Of a DNA stretch of 64,000 nt, positions 47,330-60,129 are shown piece after piece. A model generated the notes under the pieces. That model had not been told where the DNA came from. It ran no database searches and saw nothing but the letters and a program-made list of their open reading frames with translations. Position 1 is the first letter of the stretch. Each line of letters starts with the position of its first letter. The stretch covers positions 42,284,001 to 42,348,000 of the forward strand of contig NC_135809.1 in NCBI RefSeq assembly GCF_964213995.1. The letters run 5' to 3'. Source of the stretch: Mustelus asterias (Eukaryota). The translations under genes and the position numbers were made by a program.

Positions 47330-50300
47330 TGATACAGCTTGATGGGCAAATTGCCGTCATTGTGAGTGATTGGTAGTAAGCTCCGACACATAGATTACAT
47401 CCCCACCAAAGGGAAAACAAGGTATGGCCTCAGCCTTGTCATCTTTTACAAGCAGAACAATCAGAAGGCCTTTGAGACAAACGTCTGTTAGTTGGACACT
47501 GATGAAGGTTCGGCCCCTCTACGAAACTCTCTCCAAACCCTGTGGCCTGGGGTTCCGCTCCTCCTCTGCGACTGGATCCTGAACTTCCTAACCCACAGAC
47601 TACAATCAGTAAGGATAGGCAACAACACCACCACCACAGTCATCCTCAACACTGGTGCTCCACAAGGTTGTGTCCTCAGCCCCTTACTATACTCCTTATA
47701 CACCTATGACTGTGTGGCCAAATTCCTCTCCAACTCCATTTTCAAGTTTGCTGATGACACCACCGTAGTGGGTCGGATCTCAAACAATGATGAGACAGAG
47801 TACAGGAATGAGATAGAGAATCTGGTGAACTGGTGTGACGACAATAATCTCTCCTTCAATATCAACAAGACGAAGGAGATAGTCATCGACTTCAGGAAGT
47901 GTAGTGGCTAACATGCCCCTGTCTACATCAGTGAAGTAGAAATAGTCGAGAGCTTGAAGTTTTTAGGTGTCCAGGTCATCAACAACTTGTCCTGGTCCCT
48001 CCATGCACACGCTATAGTTAAGAAAGCCCATCAATCCTTCTACTTTCTCAAAAGACTAAGGAAATTTGGTATGTCCACTATGACTCTCACCAACTTTTAC
48101 AGATGCACCATAGAAAGCATTCTGTCCGATTTATCACAGTTTGGTATATCTCCTGCTCTGTCCAAGACCGCAAGAAACTATAAAAGGTAATGAACGAAGC
48201 GCAGTCCATCACTCAAACCAGCCTCCCACCCATTGACACTGTCTACACTTCCCACTGCCTCAGAAAAGCAGCCAGCATAATTAAGGACCCCATGCACCCC
48301 AGACCATCTCTTCCACCTCTTCTGTCAGAAAAAAGATACAAAAGTCTGAGGACATGTACCAAAACGACTCGAAGAACAGTTTCTTCCCTGCTGCCATCAG
48401 ACTTTTGAATGGACCTACCTCGCATTATATTGATCTTTCTCTATACCCTAGCTATGACTGTAACACTACATTCTGCACTCTCTCCTTTCCTTCTCTATGT
48501 ACAGTCTGCTTTGTCTGTGTAGCACACAAGAAACAATATTTTTCATTGTACACTAATAAATGTGACAATAATAAATCAAATCAAAATCAAATCAAGTTCT
48601 TGAATGAAATAAAAAAGAAAGATGATTTATTAAATTCATATCAGGTATGGTAAGAATTTCAGAAAACCAATGGTCATTCTATGGAAGAATATGTTATGGC
48701 TTCAAGAGATTGTATAAAAGATTGATGAAATTCAATTTGGAGAGGCCCTGGGATGGTGCTATTATACAAGGAATTAGGTATTAGTGTTTAAATTTAGATT
48801 GTGTTCAAGTGTCTCATATGGACAGGCAATTGGTTCGAATGGATATTTGGTTCTTGGGTCAGATGTCTTTGGCTTTAAAAGAATTCCTGGAAAAACAGTT
48901 AATTCCATCAGACTTTATGGAACAAATGAGACATTCTGTGGTGACATGAAGAAACGACTGCCAGATTTTGAAAAAGTCACCAGATATCAGGCTGCTGTCA
49001 AAATACTAGAAGGTTTTAAGGCAGAGTGAGAATGAAAGCACTTTCAGCAGATCTGATTATTACTATGGAAACAAAATTAAAAGAAAAATAATTGGCAAAT
49101 AAATCCCAGAATGCCCAAGCGACAATTAGCAGGCGTTTCAGATCTGATTCAATGTATCATCATGCACAGAGCAAGGGGCAAGGTCCTCAAAATGACACAT
49201 GGCAAAAAGAATTCAGAGGAAGAATACTACAATCTCTGTAGAGACCATTAACATTTAAAGGGAAATTCGAACACGTGTGATTAACTAAAATAACTACACC
49301 ACAAGGTTTCACATCTTAAAATCAAATCAAAAATTAAACAAAGCTGTGCTACCAACTTACTACTATATTTGCAAGTCTTTAACTGGGTTGGAATACATAA
49401 TAATCATGCAAACTTCACCATTATAACAAGAGGTTACTGGTGCAGGCATGATGTGTTGAATGGCCCCTTACTGTGATGTAATCTTCCTATGGTTCAATAA
49501 AGGCAATGATGAATCCAATTGGTCACAAGGATGAATGTGAATTCATCACATTCCTGCAATGAATGAGTTTGTTGTAGACTTCTTTCATTGTGGAGTATTA
49601 GGTAGTATTCAAATGTCAACAGTATGCGGGACAGATTGGTGATCATCCAAGGATCAATGCAAGATTAAAGAATATAAAAGACTCCTTGCTTCTAGGTTTG
49701 CTGATGACAGCACATTGTGGTCACTAAACAGAGTTGTAATTCCATACAAAATAGTTGGAGTAAACTTTTGACAAGAACTAATGTAGTCTTCAGTGGTAGA
49801 TTATGCTGCATAAATGATATATTGACATGGAGCATGACACAGCAATTATTTTTTAAGTCGATTGATATCACAGCTACCCAGTCATGACATTATTGAACAC
49901 CCACCCCCGCCCAACAAAACCTTGTTTCTTGAGTGTTGGACATGTATTAATGACATCAAACGATAAGAATTAGAGAGCAAAACAAACTGTCCTAAAGTTA
50001 CTAATAAAACACAGGATTTAAATAATTGGAGAGTTTAGGGTTTATTTTGTGGTACCAGATAAAGGTCAACTAGCTTTGTCACGTGGATGGATTTGTACTG
50101 AAAACATCCTTGAAGGTGGGACCTTTATAAGGCTAAAGTGATTTGAAGAGTGATAAAGATGTTAGAGTGGACTCTCCCACAGAGAGGTACCCTTAATTTT
50201 TTTTAAACACTTTTGGCCTCATACTCATGGGAATTAAGGTCAATTGACATAAATGTTGCATTTTTTCATGTTGCATGTTTCAGAAAATTGTTTTGCAACT

Positions 50301-51728
50301 GCCAAAAAAGATAGCCTATGGAAACTAAACAAATTTGGATATGACCTGAATGATGCTTCCAGGGTATGGTATTTTCCTGTGCTGTTTTGTTCAAAATACA
50401 ATGCGTACAACTCAAGAGAGATCCCGTGATGGTATCATAAAGAAAAACTTGAGGCATCTTCATGATGCATGTCAATGATTTCTTACCAGATGGTACTGTG
50501 CATTTTGAGAAGTGTGTTATAAATAAAATTAGAATAGAATTTAAAGTTAGAAGTCTTTAAATATATTGGGTTTTTAAATATATTGACTTAGATACTAAAC
50601 AAAGAAAGTCTGAAAAAACTTCATATCAATAATTCGATTTAGAGAGCTGGCACTTCCAACCTGATTAATCATGCCAGGTCATTACAGAAAGATATATCTA
50701 AAGAGAGAATAATTGTGAATTTTCAATGGTTAGCTAACTGAATTGCTTGTGCAATTCAGACCTGGCCAGATGCTAGTTTTGATGTGTTGGGGGTTAAGAC
50801 AATGATGAAACAGCCTAAAGTTGAGAATGTTTTCAGGGCTAATAAAGAATTACAAAGTTAAATCTGGAAAAATGTATTCTTAAGTTCCATTCTTAGGTAA
50901 CCCAATGAACATGAAGCTAATAATTTTTAGCAAAGTTTATCTTCCTAATGGGTATTCTAGTGCAGCTGATTTCATAACATTTTGGTCGAGAATGGGAAAT
51001 GCTGCCCTCTAGATTGAAATGCTAGGAAAATAAAAAGGTGGTTAAAAGTACTTTTGCTGCCAAAACACTGGCTCTTGAAGAGGCAATGAATATAAGATTC
51101 TATTCAGCAAATATTTTAAGAGAAATTCTATACAATGGGCATACTGAAGACAGTGTACCTATTGAATGTTAAAGCAAATGTCCACTGCATGAAAAGAGCG
51201 AGTTAAAAAGTTACAAATTGACCTTGCTGGCTTGAAATAACTGCTGGACAGAAAATAAATCTCTAAAATTAAATGGGTGAATACAAGTTATTAATGGTCA
51301 GGAGTGTCTTATATAAAGGAATACACATGTAAAGAAATTGTTCGGGATTCTTGAGGATGGTTATATGCAATACTTTGCACAGAATATGGAAGTCTTATTT
51401 AATTTGTTCGCAAATTCTGGTTGTACATATATCTTTTTTGAAGAGAGAAGGAAATCTGTTAATTGTATATTAATTGCATTCCATTGTATCCAAATGTTGG
51501 GCATGAACTGCAAATTCACATCTGTTGCATATATAGAAACAAACTGAAACTGCAGTTGTTGGGTTATGGGGTATATGCTTGGAATGTGTATCTCTAAGTT
51601 AAGACTTATAAGATGTAAAGATTGGCTCCCATTCCAACCTTCACCTCTTAGCATTTTGATATACTGTATAACAATATATTTGTCACCCATGAAATTTATC
51701 TCGGATGTGGAACCATAAAAGGTTTACA
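47330..51728 (+). mobile_element. Decayed Ty1/Copia LTR retrotransposon (GalEa-like), interrupted by a Rex1 fragment; 3' LTR about 51457-51728
   Basis: Frameshifted remnants: gag KDDLLNSYQVW/MEEYVM (48620-48700), protease GVL..STVCG..W (49590-49640), RT VRVDSPT (50160), LNDASRVWYF (50345), GIFMMHV(D)DFL (50453), WPDASFDV (50762), RNase H VVKSTFAA.TLALEEA (51038) and IDLAGLK (51217). Polypurine tract gaagagagaaggaaa precedes tgtta. Confidence 0.75.
47528..48596 (+). mobile_element. Rex1/Babar-type LINE, 5'-truncated
   Basis: [75 protein letters not shown]; (aaatc)n tail. Confidence 0.9.
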
Positions 51729-52068
51729 GCAGTGGTGTAGTGGTATTGTCAATGGACTAGTAATCCAGAGATCCAGGCTAATGCTCTGGGAACCTAGTTT
51801 GAATCCCAGCATGGCAGATGGTGAAACTTGAATTGAATAAAAATCTGGATTTAAAAGTCAAATGGTGATATGAAACCATTGTTGTAAAAATCCATCTGGT
51901 TTACTAATGAACTTTAGGGAAGGAAATCCTTACCTGTTCTGGCCTACATGTGACTTCAGACCCACAGCAATGTGGTTGACTCTTAAACTCTGAAAGTTAA
52001 AGGGCAAATCAGGATGGGCAACAAATTCTGGCCCAGCCAGCGGCGTCCACATCTTGTGAATAAGAAAG
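51729..52068 (+). mobile_element. tRNA-derived SINE of a second family with a LINE-type tail
   Basis: Head ggtgtagtggta..ggactagtaatccagag..gtttgaatccc; tail gggcaaatcaggatgggcaacaaattctggcccagccagc..cccacat, shared with the fragment at 58020-58075. Confidence 0.75.
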
Positions 52069-52079
52069 CGAGGGTATCT

Positions 52080-52630
52080 AGCTTGTCCTGTTTGTGCCAG
52101 ACAAAAAAACAAGCCAACCAATCTAATCCCACTTTCCAGCATTTGGCCCTGCAAATTACAAAACTTCAGCTGAATATCCAGACACCTTTTAAATGAGTTG
52201 AGGGTTTCTGCCTCTACTACCCTTTAAGTCAGATAGTTCCAGGCCCTTACTACCCTCTGGGTGAAAAGAAATGTCCTTGTCTCCCCTTTAATCTTTCTAC
52301 CAACCACTTTAACTCTATGCCGCCTCATCAGTGACCTCCCTGCTAAGCTAAATCGGCCCTTCCCATCCACTGCATCCAAGTCACTCAAACTTTTGTATAG
52401 CTCAAATCAAATCTCCCCTTTGCCCAAGGAGAACAGCTCCACCTATCCAATCTCCCCTCATAGTTGCATTTTTCCAGTCCTGACAGCATCCTAGTAAATC
52501 TCCCCTATACCTTCTCAAGTGCAACTGCATCCTTTCTGTAATGAGATGGGTAGACTGCACTCAGCTGAAATTGTGGCCTAACTAATGATTTATATAATTC
52601 CAGCAATACCTCCCTGCTTTTATGTTCATG
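52080..52630 (-). mobile_element. Old CR1 3' fragment
   Basis: ttccaggcccttactaccctctgggtgaaaag and cctagtaaatctcccctatacc (QRVV and RRFTR remnants). Confidence 0.75.
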
Positions 52631-55479
52631 TGACATATTGTATCAAAGTGAAGGAAAAAAAAGAGACAATTTGATTAGTCCCATAGTGAAGACAATATTT
52701 CCAGTTAAAAATAGTAAGTTGCTAACTAGCTATAATTATTAGTTGTTGTTTAATTGTTTTAGACATATTTTCCAGTATTTTTCAGGAAATGCATGGCTAA
52801 GCATTGGATCAGTAGCTTACATGGTCACAGCATATCTGAATGGTAGACCATATGGTCATTTCCTTCCCCTCTTTTTGTCTCTTCATGAGATTGGATCGTC
52901 TAATCTATGATTCATAACTTCATTGAAAAAACAAATGTCATCCATATTTTCCTTCCTTTTCTGTATACCACATTTCATAGGTAAATCTGAAGTGGTAATT
53001 CTCTAAGCAAAGAGGATTTATTTACTTCCAAAATCGCAGTCTAAAAGTTTTCTGCACAAACCAACAATAGAAGTTACTGTACATGGCTAGCTCCCAAATC
53101 TTCCAACAATACGGTTGGAATACCATTGAACTGCATATTTAGAAATGTCCTTTATTTGCAGTTGAAAAAAATGCAACAAGTTGCGAAGAGCAAAAATGTT
53201 ATTCCCATAAGGTGCAAAAATCTGAAGTATATATTCAGATATTGATAGAATCCCATGAAACTAAAGAAAAGGTATGTTCTTCTGGATTAGGTGCATCCTG
53301 ACGTTGTGATGTATGCATGTGTAATATTAATCTTTAGTTTCATCGGCTAATTAAATATGCACTGAACTTCTTCAAAAGGGCCCTCTTAAAGCAAGTAGAC
53401 ACCAAGGTGGCTGCCATAGGTCACCTGGTGGTATTATCTAGTATTACACAGTCAGTTTCTGGAAGTTTCCAATATGGATTACAATTAGGACATTCCAAGA
53501 CAAACCTCAAATGGAACGTCACACCTGTTGATGTCAAGAATTACTTCAAAGATGAACTGAAACTTGTAACTGGCTCCCAACATTTGAATTTCACCAAAGC
53601 TATTTTTCAGGTAGAGAAAAAGTCCATCCAAAGAACGGTGTATTCAGAAGTGATGGCTGGAATATTAATGAAAAATCACCTAGGTCATAACACAATAGCC
53701 AAGGTTGGTCGAGGCTTCAGATGTGGGAAAGAAAGGCTAAGTCCTGAAACCAGTCCTCATTCAGTCATAACAATGTGAAGTGGAATTCCGATTTATTCAC
53801 GATGTATGCTCCAACTCAGTTTGAAATTTTAATCAAACAGTTTTTGCATACGAGAGAGGATCATGAGAATGGTATAGATGGACAATGAACTTCTCGTATA
53901 TTTTAACGCAAGATGTCAAATCTTGGCTATTGCGAATTTTCAGCATTGCAGACTTGGGTCAACAGTTCTCTTAAACAAGAGCAATGAGACACACTGGGCC
54001 AATTAAACTATTCTAAAATTTCAAAAGTCAAAATATTGTCTACCAGGGAGAAAATATAGATTTCTTTGGTTTTGACAGATAGGATTCAATTTGGAAGTCA
54101 TTTGAACTTCAATTGGTCAATTGTTTATGGCTGTTATTTGTTTGCAAGTTCAACATTGCAAACAGACTATGAACGGTACAGTTTGTTAAACTGTGTATTG
54201 TATACTGGGAGAAATCCAACAATTTATTACTGGCAACTCTGTTAAAAAAGACATTGAGAAAATGTCATTGCTACTCCATTTCCCAGTCCTTTCTTAAGGT
54301 TATCAACTTAGTTGATGTCAAGTAAATTCTGGTTGGAGTCCAAACTCTTCAAGTTACTGCAGCAATCCTCAACACAAGGGAACTTATAACTTAACTAATC
54401 ACACCTATTTATTTTTTGTCCAACATTTGCATCAGGTGGACTGCTGGTTTCATTCTTATTAATAAAAAGTAGCATTATAAATTCTGCACCATCAAGACAA
54501 AATGCAAAATTAACAATTCAAATAAATAGTGTACAAATATAAATAGTATTGGGAGGTCTAAACATTCCAAAAATATCTGGCCTGCAACGAGTATTGGCAA
54601 ACTTTACACAAGCATGCCAAGGTATTTTCTTGGCCGATTAGAAGTTTGGCTGAAGATCCAGTTCTTGGCTTTTTTAGTAATTAGCTGCAAAATTGAGTTC
54701 TTCAGGCAGAATTACATTTTTACAGATGCACTTTTGGATGGAGTTTTGTTGGGATTAAAGTCTCCAGACTCTAATTTTGGAAGCACACTGCTACAATTCA
54801 AGCTTCTCCAGAAACTTATTCTCAAATCTAACAGGACAAAAAACTCTTCTGCCAAATTCATGTTTCTTATGAACTGAAAATAATAGCATATTAATCTGGG
54901 ATAATATATCTAGGAACATAAAGATTCCATCATTCAGTTAGATTAGGCTGATATGCACCTGAATGCCATTTATCTGCCCTTTATTAGCAAACCTTGAGGC
55001 CTTATCTAACAATAAATTCTCAGTAATGAAAGGTTCAATTGTTCTAGCATCCATAAGTTTTTTAAGGAGTTCCAATTTTCCATGATCTTGATTTCATTCC
55101 AAAATGTCAAAGTTCTAATTTTATTTCCCTTGTTCGTAATTCCCCAGAGGAAATAGTCTCTCCATATCTACCTGAACAAATCAATGGGTTTAAAATACTA
55201 TTTCAGCTGAATAAAAACCCATTCCTTACTTGTTGAACTGTGTGCAGCAATTCGAATGTATAAATCTGTCATTTCAAAAGAGTGTTAATTTTGGTCATGC
55301 CAAAAATTTAGTTACAGACGAATCTACAAACAGGTTTATTCAGTCATTTAATTATGGCATGTTTTTGAAATTAGCCCAAACAGCAGCGGTTTGGAACCTG
55401 CTCATGAAAGAATTCAACACTAAAAGCTGCAAATCAATTAATTTCACTCTTTCTTCTGTGTAAAAAAGTGCGGTTTCAG

Positions 55480-55822
55480 GTTCCACATACGAAACTTGGG
55501 CACAAAATTCTAACATTAACAGTGTTGCACTTTTGCTGTTAAAGCATGGTCCCATCTGCTGATTTAAGCAGAAGTAAAAGGTCCCATTGCACTATTGTGA
55601 TGAAGACCAGGGAAGTTAGCCCGGATGTATGATTAAGTGTTTCTGATTCAATTAGCAGAACTAAAATAAATTGTCTGGTCATAATCACATCATTGTTTGT
55701 GGAAACTTAGTGTAAACAAAATGGCTGCAACATAAGAACAATTATTACACTTGGCTGTAAATCCACTTTGGAATATCCTGAGGTTGCGAAAGTCACGATG
55801 TAAATGCGGGTGTTTATTTTCC
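55480..55822 (+). mobile_element. Deu-domain SINE, old copy
   Basis: gtaaaaggtcccattgcactatt...tttgtggaaacttagtgt..aaaatggctgc..cactttggaatatcctgaggttg; similar to 35605-35920. Confidence 0.65.
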
Positions 55823-56364
55823 TTCAATAAACAAGCTAGTCATTTGAATTGCACCTCAGATATTTGAAACGTCATCAAATTCTCAGAAATCTAGTTAGTT
55901 ATTACCTTGAAGGAGAGAACCTGTAAAAGACACAGTTCATTTTATGAACAGCAAAATTCCTAAAATGACACGACCTACTACCTGACTACGGGCAATTAGA
56001 TAATGCCATGGCTTAATAGTTCAGTAAAGCGTGTTAAATTATTTTTATAGTTTGGGCGTTTGAGTAATTGTTTTTCCACTATTTTACAGTGATTCCTATT
56101 TTAATAATCAGCAGTGTGGTATAAAGGTGTTCAGCACAGCAAAGGCTAATGTGGGGCTGGAGAACAGTATCGCCCGCACTATGACGCAGAGAGGCGCATG
56201 ACAGAAAATAGGAGACAGAGTTGTATAGTCAAGGAGACAGCAGCATGAAGTTAACCCCTAGTTTGGACTATACTTTGTACAGATGTAAATAGTTGTTACC
56301 AATCAACAGTACTGTTCAGCCTTACAAGCTTCTGAATTGCTTAGTGAGACCTACTGAATAAACA

Positions 56365-57290
56365 TACAAATTAGCAGTAGGCCACTCAGCCCCGTCAGCC
56401 TGCTCTGCCATTCATAAGATCATGGCTCATCTTGTCGCAACACCAACTCCACAGTCCTGTATGTACATATGTGTCTGTTTATCGAGCTCTGTTTAAAAAT
56501 ATTCAAAGACACTGCTTCCACACATCCCCCCCCCCACGAAGAGAAAATATTCATCTGCCTTAAATGGGCGCTCCCTCATTCACCTTGTCAAGATGCCTCA
56601 GAAATTTCTATGTTTCAATCAAGTCATCTCTTACTCTTCTAAACTCAAGTGGATACAAACCAAGTCTTTTCAAGTGTTCCTCAGAAGACAACACTCCCAT
56701 TCCAGGTATTAGTCTAGTAAATCTTTTTTGAACTGCTTCCAATGCATTGGGGCGGCAAGGTGGCTAGCACTGCTGCCTCACAGCGCCAGGCACCCAGGCT
56801 TGATTCCCAGTTTGGGTCACTGTCTGTGTGGAATTTACACGTTCTCCCTGTATCTGTGTATCCTCCTCACAGTCCAAAGATGTGCAAGTTAGGTGAATTG
56901 GCCATGCTAAATGTTTCCTCCGTTTACCCAAACAGGTGCCGGAGTGTGGCGTCGGGGGAATTTTCACTAACTTCATTGCAGTGTGAATGTAAGCCTACTT
57001 GTGACTAATAAATAACAAAAAACATCCTTCCTTAAATAAGGTGACCAATACGGTACACTGTGGCCTCACAAACCTCTCTACTTTTATATTCAATTACACT
57101 CACAATAAATAATATTCCACAAGCTTTCCTGATTATTCTCTGCACCTGCATACAAACTTCTTGTAATTCATGCACTATGGCACCCAGATCACAGCAAACC
57201 AGAGCTCTGCATTATGTCACCTTTTACATAATATGCTTTTTTTTATTTTTCCTGCCAAAACGGACAACTTCACATTTTCTCACAATACAG
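56365..57290 (-). mobile_element. Old CR1 3' fragment split by a SINE
   Basis: 3' UTR motif gtaggccactcagcccc..gccattcataagatcatggct; CR1 sequence resumes after the SINE (catccttccttaaataaggtgacca). Confidence 0.75.
56749..57015 (+). mobile_element. HE1/V-SINE-type SINE inserted in a CR1
   Basis: ggggcggcaaggtggctagcactgctgcctcacagcgccagg...gtaagcctacttgtgactaataaataa. Confidence 0.9.
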
Positions 57291-57468
57291 CCTTAGTTCA
57301 AAACTGAACAAAAGAGATGAATTCGACATCAAGGCAACAGATGCTTGGGAACACCACCGCCTGCATTCACCATCCCGACTTGGAAATACATCTGCATTCC
57401 TTCGCCATCGCTGGATCAAAACCTGGAACTTTCTCCCAAACAGCTTTGTGGATGTACCTACACCACAC

Positions 57469-57980
57469 TGTTAGGATACGGATCAGAAACCCAAAGGTAT
57501 ATTATGAAGTCAGACTAAACCCCAACTATTTGCTATTTTTGGCATTGAGAGGATATGATGTTTCACTCCAGGCACGATTCTACTGACAAACTGGGAAGCT
57601 TTTATCAAAATAAACTTTATTTAACAACACAGTTTAACTATAACAAATGAATGAGCTTAAATGTGACAAGATACAATTCTTAACTGCTAACCCATCCCTA
57701 TGAGTTCCAATTCAAGCAATATTCCTCTCACAGACTGAAGCCCCCTCTTCAAAATCCGTTAGCAAACACGCACTTGCATACTTGTATTCAGGGTGCCAGT
57801 CCTAGAGTTCGCAGATTACTCCAGAGAGTGAGAGCGAGCGAGAAAAGTAAATCTAAGTAAACACAAATGCATTAACTCTGTTTAGACAAACATACCATTC
57901 GTTAAAATGAGTTATGATCCTGCAATCTCATCATGGAGCTGCATGTTTTTTCCATACAAATCAGCACCTTGTAAAACAGA
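57469..57980. mobile_element. Probable solo LTR inserted into a LINE 3' fragment (57320-57468 and 57995-58075)
   Basis: Starts tgttagga and ends about ...gtaaaaca. The flanks look like the two halves of one LINE tail (tgtggatgtacctacaccac | gactcaccaccacctt). Confidence 0.45.
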
Positions 57981-58513
57981 ACTGAATTTTAAACAGCGAC
58001 TCACCACCACCTTATCTAGGACAATAAGGGATGGGAAAAACAATGCTGGCTTAACCAGCCCTGCCCACATTATGGGGTAGCAGTTTAACACTTTTCACAT
58101 TATCTCACAAAGACAGCTGCTGTGGACAGGCAGGCAGGAAGGATAAGAAATTGAACTCTCCTAGTTTTCACTGTTCTATCAGAATTGACAGTGAAGAAAA
58201 TTAAAGCTTTCAATGGGGAAAACAGTTTTCCCAGAGTTGACTAACATTTAAAGGGATCCAATAGAGCAATCTCTGGAATTCTAAATCGTTAGGACTGCTG
58301 CAAATTAAGAGAAAGAGGGAATTCATCAAGGCACACCATGTTGATGACAACTGTATGTGGAAACTTGGAAAAAGTGGAACAATTGCAAATTTCAACCTAA
58401 TCGTTAGGGAGAGGTGACCTTCTGCTGGAAAGCTGGGAGTGACAGTCAGGAGGGTTCATTGAATGTTAACATACCTGTCAGATGCATAGAGTTGAGAAAA
58501 GTGTTTCCTAGCT

Positions 58514-59426
58514 CAGTGATTTCCAACTGCTATACCACAGCACACTAGTGCGTCATGGCCTGCTGGCGGAATCTTTTGGTGAATGCAGTACGGGCAGTGA
58601 AGGGCAAGCAGGTACTGGAAGGAAAGCAGCCATTAGGCCTGGTCTTGGAGTGCAGCCTCAGACACCCTGTGGCACTGACTAGCAGGTACATTGAATAAAG
58701 CAATAGAATAACCCAGATTCACCCCAACTTCCAAATGGTTAAACTGATTGATTCAAATTCACTGCTAAGTGCTGGCTGGCATCTCCTGCCCTGGTACAGC
58801 CAAATGACTCTAAAGAAAAAATGTAAAATAAATGACTTCTAGTACTCCACCGCCAAAGAAACTTTAGCCAGTGTCTCAGGCTGGCTTGGTTATTCTCACT
58901 TCCCAAGTATTGCTCAGCCCCATGATGGACTTTAGCAAATGGGACCTGGTCATTTTCCAAGTTGAAGTTTTCTCAGATTAACAGGATCTCTAAAGAGTCA
59001 TACATGGATCCTTTGGCAGCACCAGGGTGGGGATGCAGGCCAGCACTCACCAGTGAAGAGGTTCCCCGGTAAAGACAAACTTTTCTGTGCGCTTGAGTTG
59101 TGTCGTTTCCATGCAGTTGGATCAATCGGTTTAACCATTTGGAAGTTAGGGGAAAATCTGGGTTATGTTGCTTTTATTTGATGTACCTACCAGTCAATCC
59201 CAAGGCTGGGATCACAGGCCAGGCCTGGCAGCTGCTCTTCTTCCAGTCTCCACTTGCTGGCCCTCTGCCACTCTTCAAGTTTGTGCACCTACTGATCATA
59301 ATCTTAGTAAATCTAAGTAAATATGACATTTATGAACAATGGAATCAGCTGAAAATAGTGGGTGCGCCATGGAGTTACTTGTCTCATCCAAGTGTGCCAT
59401 GTTACTGAAAAAGTTGGGAAACACGG
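58514..59426. mobile_element. Non-autonomous hAT (Charlie-type) DNA transposon
   Basis: Imperfect TIRs cagtgatttccaac / gttgggaaacacgg; 8-bp TSD tcctagct (58506-58513) and gcctagct (59427-59434) with a central CTAG. Confidence 0.75.
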
Positions 59427-60129
59427 GCCTAGCTCATATTTCAGTTGTGTTAGTTAATGCAAAATGTAATTTTTCTAGTTTGATGTATTAGCTGCTCATT
59501 AATTAATGTTTTATCTATGTTGATTTTAGTTTGTTTGCTACAGAAAACATCTTTTAAAGTGAAATCTTGTCCACCATTTTTTCATTGATTGTTTGGGACA
59601 ATCATCTCTTTTAAAAAGTTATCAGTCTCTATGGGGATCCTAACAACCATCTTAAAAAACAAACCGCTTTCCTGACAGCTGTATGGGCTAATGCACTGCC
59701 AAGAATGGCACTGAGCCTTACAGATCAGCAGGTTAACAAATTCCATCCCTTGGTCTGTTTTAAGTTAGCTCAGACAATACTTGGAGCACTGCCATAAGCC
59801 TCAGCAATCTGGGGTTGGGAAGAGAAAGAATCAGTGAGAAGCCTCTCCCTCCAACGTGATCCAGTGACCCCTGCTGCCAAGTTCACAATTGATTCATTTT
59901 AACATGACTGTGGTTTTATCCATATTGAGCATACCAGACTATGAACCAAAATCTTTCTTGTGAGGAACTATTCCCTCTTATACAGGCACTCACTACCATA
60001 TCTGAACTCAGGGAGTTTACAGGAGAACATTTTGCCCAGTTGCTCTCCTCCTCAGTGCAGGGACACTCCACCACCCACATGATTTTCTCATTGTTGAACC
60101 TAGCTGCAGCTCCAAACTAATGTTACTCT

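Noticed and set aside
53000-54900. Possible decayed DNA-transposase remnant, including ORF 53407-53778
   Set aside because: No convincing motif could be read; it needs a profile search.
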